Program-made: the position numbers and the translations under genes | In this document: piece by piece, positions 38,648 through 50,611 of the stretch | Layout: each line of letters begins with the position of its first letter | Position numbering within the stretch: position 1 is the first letter of the stretch | Assembly: GCF_963921235.1 (NCBI RefSeq) | Contig: NC_086097.1 | Span: 1,984,001 to 2,048,000 of the forward strand | DNA length: 64,000 nt | Direction of reading: 5' to 3' | Source of the DNA: Mobula hypostoma | Lineage: Eukaryota | The notes under the pieces: generated by a model | Seen by the model: only the letters and a program-made list of their open reading frames with translations | Database searches by the model: none | What the model was told of the DNA's origin: nothing

Positions 38648-38950
38648 TGTATTATGTTTCGTACCTTCAGAACATTAAACTAATTCAAAGGAAGCCATGG
38701 CAGTGAATCCAACTTAGAGTTTACTTTAAGCAAGGCGCGCATATCACGTGGTGTGTGAGATGACGTATGCAATTCACGTATTTATACACGTAGCCCGTAA
38801 TGAATTATTTAAATGAACAAGAATGGTTCATCAACCAATGTATATATAAGACTACTCAAATATTACTGAAATTAATGAAAAAATTACTGAACACACGGCA
38901 TTCCTTCCTGCTTAGCTATAAGCTCCAATGCAAAAGAGAGTGCACCTCAA
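38648..38950 (-). mobile_element. Short LTR with adjacent polypurine tract (3' end of an LTR element)
   Basis: Homologous to 15083-15304. On the minus strand AAGCAGGAAGGAA immediately precedes the LTR TG. Confidence 0.55.
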
Positions 38951-39755
38951 CTAGATAGCAGATGTACTTAATGAATACTTTGCTTCAGTATTTACTGCAG
39001 AAAAGGATCTTGGCGATTGTAGTGATGACTTGCAGCAGACGGAAAAGCTTGAGAATATAGACATTAAGAAAGAGGATGTGCTGGGGCTTTTGGAAAGCAT
39101 CAAGTTGGATAAGTCACCGGGACCGGACTGGATGTACCCCAAGTTACTGTGGGAGGCAAGGGAGGAAATTGTTGAGCCTCTGGGAATGATCTTTGCATCA
39201 TCAATGGGGACGGGAGAGGTTCTGGAGGATTGGAGGGCTGCAGATGTTGTTCCCTTATTCAAGAAAGGGAGTACAGATAACCATATATCCATATAACAAC
39301 TACAACACGGAAATAGGCCATCTCGGCCCTTCTAGTCTGTGCCGAACGCTTACTCTCACCTAGTCCCACCGACCTGCACTCAGCCCATAACCCTCCATTC
39401 CTTTCCTGTCCTTATACCTATCCAATTTTTCTTTGAATGACAATACCGAACTTGCCTCAACCACTTCTGCTGGAAGCTCATTCCACACAGCTACCACTCT
39501 CTGAGTAAAGGAAGTTCCCCCTCATGTTACCCCTAAACTTTTGCCCTTTAACTCTCAACTCATGTCCTCTTGTTTGAATCTCCCCCACTCTCAATGGAAA
39601 AAGCCTATCCATGTCAACTCTGTCGAACCCCCTCATAATTTTAAATACCTCTATCAAGTCCCCCCTCAACCTTCTGCACTCCAAAGAATAAAAACCCAAC
39701 TTGTTCAACCTTTCTCTGTAACTTAGGAGATGAAACCCAGGCAACATTCTAGTAA

Positions 39756-39971
39756 CATACATCAAAGTTGCTGGTGAATGCAGCAGGCCAGGCAGCATCT
39801 ATAGGAAGAGGCGCAGTCGACGTTTCAGGCCGAGACCCTTCGTCAGGACAAAGTCCTGAAACGTCGACTGCGCCTCTTCCTATAGATGCTGCCTGGCCTG
39901 CTGCGTTCACCAGCAACTTTGATGTATGTTGCTTGAATTTCCAGCATCTGCAGAATTCCTGTTGTTTGCGT
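39756..39971. mobile_element. 216-bp Penelope-derived inverted-repeat insertion with 14-bp TSD
   Basis: TSD CAACATTCTAGTAA at 39742-39755 and 39972-39985. Arms ~39754-39829 and ~39855-39930 are near-perfect reverse complements. Confidence 0.9.
39816..39849 (-). ncRNA. Minimal type-I hammerhead ribozyme motif (intact core)
   Basis: GUC-CUGACGA-AGGGUCUCGGCCU-GAAA-CGUC-GAC, core identical to 8841-8876. Confidence 0.8.
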
Positions 39972-41107
39972 CAACATTCTAGTAAATCTTCTCTGCACTC
40001 TCTCTATCTTGTTGACATCTTTCCTATAATTCGGTGACCAGAACTGTACACAATACTCCAAATTTGGCCTCACCAATACCTTGTACAATTTTAACATTAC
40101 ATTTTAACTCCTATACTCAATGCTCTGATTTATAAAGGCCAGCACACCAAAAGCTTTCTTCACCACCCTATCCACATGAGATTCCACTCTCAGGGAACTA
40201 TGCACCATTATTCCTAGATCCCTCTGTTCTACTGCATTCTTCAATGCCCTACCATTTACCATGTATGTCCTATTTTGATTCGTCCTACCAAAATGTAGCA
40301 CCTCACACTTATCAGCATTAAACTCCATCTGCCATCTTTCAGCCCACTCTTCTAACTGGCCCAAATCTCTCTGCAAGCTCTGAAAACCTGCTTCGTTATC
40401 CACAACGCCACCTATCTTAGTATTATCTGCATACTTACTAATCCAATTTACCACCCCATCATCTAGATTATTAATGTATATGACAAACAACATTGAACCC
40501 AATACAGATCCCTGAGGCACACCACTAGTCACCGGCCTCCAACCAACAAACAGTTATCCACCACTACTCTCTGGCATCTCCCATCCAGCCACTGTTGAAT
40601 CCATTTTACTACTTCAATATTAATACCTAACGATTGAACCTTCCTAACTACATTCTTTATATTCCTCGAGCACCTCATTTCCTCCATGCTGCCTATACTT
40701 ATTGTAGATATCTCTCTTTTTCCGAACCAAGTTTCCAATATCCCTTGAAAACCATGGCTGTCTCAAACTTTTAACCTTTCCTTTCAACCTAACAGGAATA
40801 TAAAGATCCTGTACCCTCAAAATTTCACCTTTAAATGACCTCCATTTCTCTATTACATCCTTCCCATAGAACAATTCATCCCAATCTACTCCTTCTAAAT
40901 CCTTTCGCATCTCCTCAAAGTTAGCCTTTCTCCAATCAAAAATCTCATCCCTGGGTCCAGACCCATCCTTCTGCATAATTATATTGAAACTAATAGCATT
41001 GTGATCACTGGACCCAAAGTGCTCCCCAGCTAATACCTCCATCACCTGACCTATCTCATTCCCTAACAGGAGATCCATCACTGCTCCTTCTCTAGTTGGT
41101 ATCTCTA

Positions 41108-41407
41108 GCTTCTTTCCAACTGTGATAAGACTGCTGAACGGATCCTGACCCGGATCTGGGTTGTACCCTCCAAATATCCGGACCTGCCTCTCCGTTTTTT
41201 TGCACTACCTTACTTTCCATTTTTCTATTTTCTATTTATGATTTATAATTTAAATTTTTAATATTTACTAATTTTTACTATTTTAAATATTTTTAATATT
41301 TAATATTTGTAATTCAGGGAGCGGGAAGTGCAGAATCAAATATCGCTGAGATGATTGTATGTTCTAGTATCAATTGTTTGGCGACAATAAAGTATGAAGT
41401 ATAAAGT
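41108..41407 (+). mobile_element. Short Rex1-type 3' end inserted in CR1-B
   Basis: SFFPTVIRLLN codons, AT-rich UTR, AATAAA and (AAGTAT.)n tail. Confidence 0.75.
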
Positions 41408-42602
41408 ATGTATTGCTGCAAAAAAACTATCCTACACACATTTTACAAACTCCAAACCATCCAGCCCTTTTACAGTATGGGCTTCCCAGTCTATGTGTGG
41501 AAAGTTAAAATCTCCCACAATCACAACCTTGTGCTTACTACAAATATCTGCTATCTCCTTACAAATTTGCTCCTCCACTTCTTGCTCCCCATTTGGTGGT
41601 CTATAATACACCCCCATAAGTGTTACTACACCTTTTCCATTCCTCAATTCCACCCAAATAGCCTCCCTAGACGAGCCCTCTAATCTATCTTGCCAGAGCA
41701 CCGCTGTAATATTTTCTCTGACAAGCAATGCAACACCTCCCTCTCTTGGTCCTCCGATTCTATCACACCTGAAGCAATGAAATCCAGGAATATTTAGTTG
41801 CCAATCACACCCCTCCTGCAACCACGTTTCGCTAATAGATACCATATCATACTTCCAGGTATTAATCCATGCTTTAAGCTCATCCATCTTTCTTATAATG
41901 CTCCTTGCATTAAAATAAATGCATTTAAGAAATTTTCCACCTCTTACTCTCTGTTTACCACTAACGGTGCAAACAACTTTACTATTTTCTTTTTCTTCCT
42001 TTTTCCCCACATCTTTTCCTACACTCTGGTTCCCCTCCCCCATCGTATCTAGTTTAAATCCACCGGAGCCTCTCTAGCAAATCTACCTGCAAGAATATTT
42101 GTCCCCCTCCAGTTCAGATGTAAACCGTCCCACCAGAATAGGTCCCACCTTCCCTGGAAAACTGCCCAATTATCTATAAATCTGAAGCCCTCCCTCCTGC
42201 ACCATGTCTTCAGCCACGTGTTGATCTGCGCTATCTTACTATTTCTAAACCCACCTGCACGTGGCACTGGTAGCAATCCTGAGATTGCTATCCTGGAGAT
42301 AGTCCAGGAAATTATAGGCCAGTGAGTCTTACTTCAGTGGTTGGTAAGTTGATGGAGAAGATCCTGAGAGGCAGGATTTATGAACATTTGGAGAGGTATA
42401 ATATGATTAGGAATAGTCAGCATGGCTTTGTCAAGGGCAGGTCGTGCCTTACGAGCCTGATTGAATTTTTTGAGGATGTGACTAAACACATTGATGAAGG
42501 TAGAGCAATAGATGTAGTGTATATGGATTTCAGCAAGGCAGTGGATAAAGTACCCCATGCAAGGCTTATTGAGAAAGTAAAGAGGCATGGGATCCAAGGG
42601 GA

Positions 42603-42744
42603 CATCACTCACTGTCAGACTGTACACCTCCTGCACACACTGATTCTGAAAGTAGACAGGTGATCTCTCACTGTCAGACTGCACACCTTGACAAATTGAT
42701 TCTGAAAATGGACAGGTGATCACTCACTGTCAGACTGTGCACCT
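42603..42744. repeat. ~55-bp tandem repeat, left part (~2.5 units)
   Basis: GACAGGTGATCACTCACTGTCAGACTGCACACCTT.ACA.ATTGATTCTGAAAAT, the same unit as 52912-53268. Confidence 0.88.
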
Positions 42745-43238
42745 TGTCATACGGAGCCTGTGTTGACAGCATACCCAAATGCAAGACACAGACACTGAAG
42801 TACAAGGAACACGACCAGGTTTGTCAAGAAAGCAAGGAAAGAGGGGAAGAAATGATGCAGGACATTGACACAGGCCCTGAATGAGACTAGGATACAGGGC
42901 CTGGGCTAGGACTTGACTAGGAAAGTGAGACCTGGACGAGGAACTGGGAACTTGGAACCTGGACAAGGACTCCGAGCCAGAGACTGGACAGGGACCTGGA
43001 ACCTGGGTTTTGACTCGGGCTCGGACCCTGGATCCAGGCGAGGACACAAAGAGACAGGTCCAAACAACAAAAGACAGCTCCTTATCTAGACACAGCAGGG
43101 CCCTGATCTTGCCTTGGCGGTTGAACCTGACGGTGTGACAGGTGAGGACACAGGCGGAGGTAGCAGGTGAGGCTTCAGGCGGAGATAGCATGCGAGGCTT
43201 CAGAAGGAAGGGGAAGGGGAGGGAAGGGAACAGTCCAG
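42745..43238 (-). mobile_element. Truncated LTR-like fragment
   Basis: Begins TGTCA abruptly within the tandem repeat and has the short internal repeats typical of fish Gypsy LTRs. The other terminus was not found. Confidence 0.45.
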
Positions 43239-43249
43239 AAAATGAAGCT

Positions 43250-46200
43250 GCTGCTTCTTCTTCTTCTTCTTCTGTTGTTTTATAGCGGTTGGCAAACCAG
43301 CTTTAAGGTGTATTACCGCCACCTGCTAGACTGGAGTGCTAAACAACAACATCGAACCTGCCTCAACCACTTTTGCTGGAAGCTCGTTCCACACAGCCAC
43401 CACTCTCTGAGTAAAGAAGTTCCCCCTCATGTTACCCCTAAACTTTTGCCCTTTAACTTTCAACTCATGTCCTCTTGTTTGAATCTCCCCCACGCTCAAA
43501 TCATCTATAATAGAGGTCCAGATCCCTCTTAGCAAAGTGGAAGTCAAGAGCATTATTAAAACTGAGGAGACGTGGCAGAAGCATTGGGATGAGAGTGAGA
43601 CAGGGAGACAACTGTACCAAATACGGAGGCAAGTCAGATACAAAAGATTGTCAAGTGGATATAGAAAGACAGAAGTGATCATCAGTTGTTTGAGAATTGG
43701 ACACACTAATCTTAATTACACATTACACAAAATAGGGAGACATCCAACTGGGTTGTGTGAGTACTGTAATCAACCAGAAAGAGTTGAACATGAATTGATA
43801 AAATGTAAGAAGTATCAAAAAGAGTGAAGATGATAAGAGCGCTTAAGATAAACAAAATAACTGATGTGGGTATAGAAGACATTTTAAGTGGGAATTCAAG
43901 AGAAATACAGATCTGTATCATGAAGTAAGTATCTTGATAAATATTTAATAGCGATATCTTGCTTGCACCCCAGTCCTGTCCGGCAAGACCCCTCAATAAG
44001 TTATTTATTTTTTTAGATTTGTTTGTAATTTTCTCGATTTGCTTTTTCCATGTAAGTGTCTCATCAAATAACAAACCAAGGAATCGAATTACCTTTACCT
44101 GCTGTAATTTTTGTTCATATAATTTCATGGAAACTGGTTTGGGACTTCTTGAGAAACATGTCACTTGCGACTTACTTGTAGACAATTTGAAACCCCATTT
44201 ATTTGCCCACTCTTCCACTTTATTTATCGCATCTTGCATTTTCCTTTGTATATAAATTAAATTTCTTCCCCTCACCCACAAAGCCCCGTCATCTGCATAT
44301 AAGGATTTCCCCACACTATGTTCAACTTGCGCAAATATGTCATTTATCACTAAGGAAAATAGTAATGGACTGCAGACACTACCTTGTGGTGTTCCATTTT
44401 CAACCAAATATGTCCTGGAGTACTCTGTTTCCATCTTGGCTTGAATTGTTCAACCAAAAAGAAAGTCTAGAACTCAATTATATAATTTTCCTTCCACCCC
44501 TAGTTCTTTCAATTTAATTAACACCCCCTCTTTCCAGAGCATATCGTATGCCTTTTCTACTTCAGAAAACACCACCAAGACCATTTCTTTATTTGTTTGA
44601 GCCTTCCTGATTTCAGATTCCCAGCTAAGTATTGAATCTACTGTAGTTCTTCCATTGTGAAAACCGCTTTGGTAGGGAGAAATAAGATTTCTTTTTTCAA
44701 GAAAGTATGTAAGCCTATCAGTTATTATTCGTTCCATAAGTTTACCTAGCTGTGAAGTCAGTGCAATTGGTCAATAATTTGTTGGGTCTGATAAATCTTT
44801 ACCAGGTTTTAATACTGGAACAATAACAGAATGTTTCCATGCAGTTGGTAGTTTACTTATTTCCCATATTTTATTAAACAGTCTCTGTAGAATTAGAGGT
44901 GCACTTCTTGATAAATGCTTCAGCATTATACCCCCTACTTCATCCTTCCCAGGAGAAGTTGGCCGCGCATTCACAATGGCTCTTTCTATTTCTGTTATGC
45001 TAACAGGTGTATCCAGCACTTCTGATGTTGCTCTTTCATCTGGAATTCCTGAATTTTGCTTAGGCCTCTCCTCCCTTTGCTGTCTAGCCTCGACCGTCAA
45101 ATTCTCCGAGCTATGTATGTTTACAAAAGTCTTTGCCACTATTGCTGCTTTCCCTACATTGTTAATTGCCATTTTGTCCTTACTTTTTAGCACAGGAAAC
45201 TCTTCACTACTTCTAATACCATTAATTCTCCTTATCATGCCCCATATTTCAGACAGTTGAGTTTCTCTTCCAATTTCGTTACAATACTGTCTCCAAAATG
45301 CTCGCTTTGCTTGTCTGATTGTTTTCCAAACTTCTGCTTGTGCTCTTTTATATTGTATTAATGTTTCTACCGAATGTTGTCTTTTTAACATTTTAAATGC
45401 TTTATTTCTTGCTTTTATACTTCTACTATATTCACAATTCCACCATGGAACATTTTTCCTCTTTCCTGTACCTTTACTTTTCGGAATTGTTTCTTCTGCT
45501 GAATTTATATTTGTTGTGACCAATTTATCATTCATTTCTTCAATATCTGATATATTTTCATCCAAAATCTTTGTGCATCTTACTTCATTTCTTTTTTGAA
45601 GTATCTCCCACTCTGCCTTATTTAGTTCCCACCTTGACACTCGAGATCCTACATTTTGTTCTATTTTAACCTGAATCCTTGTGAGTAAGGGATAGTGATC
45701 ATTTCCTACTGTAGTTTGTTTCAATACGTTCCAAGTACTGATTCCTGCTAATTCTCTACTTACAAATGTTAAATCTATTGCAGTTTCTGTGTTTTGGGAT
45801 ATATTATATCTCGTACCTTCTCCATTATTTATACATACCAGTTTTTCACCATCTAGAAATTCTTCTATCACTAATCTGTTTTCATCCACATTTTTACATC
45901 CCTATAGTGTACTGTCTCCATTGAAATCCCCACACCATGTTATTTTCCCTTGCATCCTACCACCCACTTCGTTTAATGTATCTTAGCTTAGTCTTCAACA
46001 TGGATTATAATAATTTATTATTACCAAGCTTTCTCTGCCTATCCATATTTTGTTATTATTGATTCATACTTCTGCCCTATGTTGACTATATTATATCTCA
46101 TCCCACTGGCTATAAATATTGCTGCTCCTCCACCATTGCCATTGCTTCTAACCCTCCTAATTGCTGGCTATCCCTGTAAAACAAAATCTAATCGTGGTTT

Positions 46201-47625
46201 CAACCATGTTTCTTGTATATGTAGAATCTGAGGTTTTTCCTTAAGTTCTGATACATATTTCTTAAATTCTTGACCATTTGCGATAAGACTCCTTGCATTC
46301 CATTGCAAAATACATATTGCCATTAAGATCCTGCCTCCCCTGCCTGTGATCTGTTTGATTCTCCATTCAGTGTTTTTTCAATTACTTCCCACCTAAGCCC
46401 TGTAATTCCAAGATATTTTTCTGCAGACTTGACTATAATTTTAATTTTTCTGTTCTTTTGTCTGTTTGCGCTGAACAGTTAATTGCATCTACCATAAACA
46501 GTACGAAATCTTTTCTATTCATTATTAGTGTGTCCTTATTTATCATATTACAGCCCTCACAGTTCACAGGTTTATTATTCCCTGTATTTGTTTGCTTAAT
46601 TGCTTTCTCCTTTTCAGCGAAACCTTTCACTGCGTCAGCATAACTAATCCCTTGAGTTACTTTAACATATTGTATCTCAGCTGCCTTCTTACTAATAATG
46701 CACTCTCGATAAGCTGTACTGTGTTCCTCACCACAATTGCAACATTTCAGCCCAGCTCCCGCCTCACACTTCCCGTATTCATGTTCTCCAGTGCATCTCC
46801 CACATCTCTGCAGACCACCGCAATATGCCCAAATTTCTGACATTTAAAACATCTTAAGGGCGGTGGTATATGTATTCTGACCTCATAACACATATACCCT
46901 AAATAAACTTTAGTCAGCAATCTCTCTTCATCAAAGTTAATCATTACTGATAAACTATCACACTTTTTTCCGTCTCTTGTAACTTTCAAACGTTTGGCCT
47001 CAATAATCTTTGCTCCTTTTATGTTCTGTTTAATCTCATCCATAGTAACTTTTGTTGGTATCCCCAAAATAACTCCTCTAGTCCACTTTCAATTGTCGAG
47101 TATTGAACATTGTACTTTTTTGCCGTCTATTTTATTTAATCTTATCACTTTGCCTTGCTGAGCACTATCCCGACATATCACAAATAGTGATCCATTTCGT
47201 AATACCTTGGCTCTTTTGACTTCGTCTATAAGTTTGTTGATTGCCTTCGTCAAATAAATCGGGTTCCAATCCCCGAAAGATGCCCCGTCTTCACTCAGTT
47301 TTATAATTGCTTTAATCTCACCTTCTTTCCATTCTTTTGCTATCATTTTTCGATCATCCCCGACCCCTCAGAATTTGACTGCTCATACCTGTTTTCTTTT
47401 TTTACTCTTTACACTCCATTCCTCTTTCCCGCCATCTTCCATCTCTAACTCACTTCCCAAATTGTCACTACCTCCTGCCATCCTCCGTCCATTCACAGTC
47501 TGGTTGTTTAGCCAACCACCCTCGTCCTCCGAAAACACCAGCAAAAATCCAAAGCAAAACACTGCAGGCGGAACTCCATTCGTCTCTCCCCAACCCAGCA
47601 CCCAGCACCAACCACGAACAGCCCC
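43250..47625 (-). mobile_element. Nimb/I-clade LINE (copy A): 5'UTR, gag-like ORF1, ORF2 APE+RT, rearranged 3' part, (GAA)n tail
   Basis: ORF1 47481-46323 with three CCHC knuckles (CFKCQKFGHIAVVC, CGRCTGEHEYGKC, CCNCGEEHSTAYREC). ORF2 starts MAICILQWNARSL at 46323. RT motifs NGTPQGSVCSPLLF and YADDGALW. 11-bp direct repeat AAAATGAAGCT at 43239-43249 and 47626-47636. Confidence 0.85.
43500..43922 (+). pseudogene. Inverted Nimb ORF2 C-terminal Cys/His domain
   Basis: WQKHWD..GRQLYQI..LRIGHTNLN..GLCEYCNQPERVEHELIKCKKY on the plus strand, opposite to the rest of the element. Confidence 0.8.
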
Positions 47626-47747
47626 AAAATGAAGCTCTCTCTCTCCATCTTGTTTTACGGTGGTTGGCACCCAGCTTAATGGTGCATTACTGCCACCTTC
47701 TTCTCCGGAGTGTGCAATAGACTTACATTCCAAATCCCTTCACCCAA

Positions 47748-47748
<1 letters not shown>

Positions 47749-47795
<47 letters not shown>
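47749..47795. repeat. (CA)n microsatellite in the Nimb-B 3'UTR
   Basis: Pure CA run. Confidence 0.97.
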
Positions 47796-47798
<3 letters not shown>

Positions 47799-50611
47799 AA
47801 CCTACACTTTATCCTCCCTGCTTATCCATCATATCCTATAAAAAAACCCTGTAACCCTTAAGAAAGCTAAAAATACCCTGACCTGTGCTCTCTCATCCAT
47901 GCCCAGCAACCCTTTTAATGTGAATTCCTGCACCTCCAATTCCCTTAGATTGATTATCATCATCTCTGCATCCCATACTTCCAGCAACTCAGTACTACAT
48001 GTTCTACTGACTCCTCTTCCTGACATTCCTCACACAATCCTGTCTGGTGTTTCCCTATCATTTTCAATTTTTTGTTTAATGCACAGTGCCCCGGCCTTAA
48101 ACTAGTCCGCACAGTTTCCTCTCATCTGTTTCCATTACCTACCCTAGTACCTGCAACACTCTTTTGTATTTGATATAAATGCCTCCCTTTCCCCTCCCTG
48201 TCCCATCCTTCTTGCCACATTTGGTTGATTTTTTCCCAGATTACACACTTAACCTCTGCTTTACTGATACTAATGTGCATTTCTATATTTTCTTTCTTTA
48301 ACGCCCTCTTTGCCAACTCATCCACCCTCTCATTCCCCTTCACCCCTACATGTGCTGGAACCCATAGAAATTTTACCTGACCTCCCTGATTTGCAATTCT
48401 TGTGACTAACTGAAGGACTTCATGAAGTACATCTTGCCGACTGTTTGAGTGAAAAGACCTTAAATTTGCTAGAACTGAGGATGAATCTGAGCATACCAAC
48501 ACTTTGGCTTGTCTGGCTTTCTGCACCCATCGCAACGCAACCAACACTGCCAGCATCTCCACTGTATACACCCCTAACTTATTAGATGTTCTTCTACTGA
48601 TTCCAATTTCTTTTGCTGGTACAGCCACCCCAAACCCTGTCACTCCTGTTTCAGGTTCCTTAGCACCATCCGTATAAATCTGAGTGTAATCACTATACTT
48701 TTCCATCACATGACAGTTAAATGCACTTACCAGATCAGCTTTATATTTTCCTTTCCATTTTACCTCTAACAAATGCCAGTCTAGGTCAGGCCATACAAGC
48801 TTCCATGGAGCTACAACCGGATAAACTACTAAAGGACTTATCCTTAGATCAAATACTCCACATTCTTTCGCGATATCATTCCCTACCCGATTAAAGTTAT
48901 CCCTCTGAAACCTCCCATTTTCCCAGCAGTCCTGCAACACTCCTTTAGCAGGGTGAGAATCATTGTGCCCCTGCAAATTAGCCCAGTAGTTTGCCATCAA
49001 TTGCATCCTTCTTAGTTCCAGAGGCATTATTCCCATTTCTACCTGTAGTGCTGACACTGGTGACGTTTTAAAAGCCCCACTGCACACTCTCAAGGCCTGA
49101 GCCTGAATCACATCCAGTTTCCTTATAAGAGACCTAGCTGCTGATCCATATACTATATTTCCATAATCCAATACAGATCTTACTAAAGCCACATACATTC
49201 TCTTCAAAGCTGAACAACTTGCTCCTCATTCCCTACCAGTCAAACATCTCATCACATTTATTACTTTTTTACATTTCTCCTCAACTTTCCTGATATGTTC
49301 TGCCCATGTTAATCGTGAATCAAATATAACTCCCAGAAATTTAAATGATGCAACCCTTTCTAATTCAACCCCATACATCCTTAACTTCTTCCCTACCTCA
49401 ACCCTTTTCCTGGTGAAAAATACAGTTTGAGTTTTATCTACTGAAAATCTACATCCCCAATCATAACCCCACTCTACCACTTCATCAATTGCTTCTTGTA
49501 GTTTCCTGATTATATGCTCCATGTTCCTGCCTCTTTTCCACAAGGCCCCATCGTCCGCAAACAGTGACCTACCTATATCCACTGGTACCTTTGTGAAGAC
49601 ATCATTGATCATAATGATGAAAAGTAACGGGCTAATCACACTACCTTGAGGTGTGCCATTTTCCACTATGTACTGTTTTGATCATTCTGATCCAATCCGA
49701 ACTTGAATTTTTCTACCAAACAAAAAATCTTTAATCCAATTAAAAACTCTCCCATCAATCCCCATCTTGTGCAGTTTAATTAATAATCCTTCCTTCCACA
49801 TCATATCACATGCTTTTTCAATGTCAAAAAACACTGCAACTACTGACTCTTTATTTGCCTGGGCCTTTCTTATTTCAGTCTCTAACCTTATCACTGAGTC
49901 CATGGAATTCCTTCCCTTTCTAAATCCACTCTGATATCTTGCCAGCATTCCTCTCTTCTCAAGCTCATACGATAACCTTTCTGTTATCATCCTTTCCATT
50001 ATCTTACATATATTTGATGTTAATGCAATTGGTCTGTAGCTAGTGGGTTTTGATGGATCCTTGCCAGGTTTCCTTATTGGAATTACTACTGCTTCTTTCC
50101 ATGCCCTTGGTAATCTTCCCTCCTCCCACACTCTGTTATAAAAATGCAGCAACTTCAAGAGCGCTCCTTCTCCTAGATTTTTTAGCATCACAGAGCATAT
50201 CAGACCTTTCCCTGGGGAGGTTGGTCTCGACCTTTTTATTGCTCTTACTATTTCTGCCAATGTAAATGGATCATCAATTATATCATCTGTTTCTTCCCTC
50301 CTGTTTAGCACACCTGGGTGTTGGCTCATTGTTCTTTCCCTTCTCTTTCTCCCTTCTTCAGACAAATTTTCTGAACTGTGTATCAGTACAAATGGCCTGG
50401 CCATGATTTCAGCCTTATCCCTACTGGAGACTGCCGTTTCCTCCTTAGATATCATTACTGGATATTCCCATTCCCTTCTATCTCCCCCCATCCTCTTAAC
50501 CATTCCCCATACCTCTCCCACAGGTGTTGTTCTTCCTATTTCGTTGCAAAAACTCCTCCAACTTGCCCTTTTAGTTTGACGTATAGATCTTCTCACCACT
50601 GCCTGTGCTTT

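Larger units (their letters stand above)
39280..42296 (-). mobile_element. CR1 family B with end of esterase ORF1, APE and partial RT (large internal deletion)
   Basis: DGLHLNWRG (ORF1), YFNARSI..ISETWL..YYRPPN..GDFN (APE), [10 protein letters not shown] and an ACCATATA-type tail. APE-linker sequence jumps directly to mid-RT near 40645. Confidence 0.88.
38952..42606 (+). mobile_element. CR1 fragment in two pieces (38952-39279 and 42297-42606), split by an antisense CR1
   Basis: ..VVPLFKKGS|..[15 protein letters not shown] is contiguous across the insertion. AGATA duplicated at 39275-39279 and 42297-42301. Confidence 0.85.

Noticed and set aside
48122..49207. Host RNase H gene
   Set aside because: Collinear with RT and APE remnants and a LINE 3' end. 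It is part of Nimb ORF2 and is flanked by disruptions.
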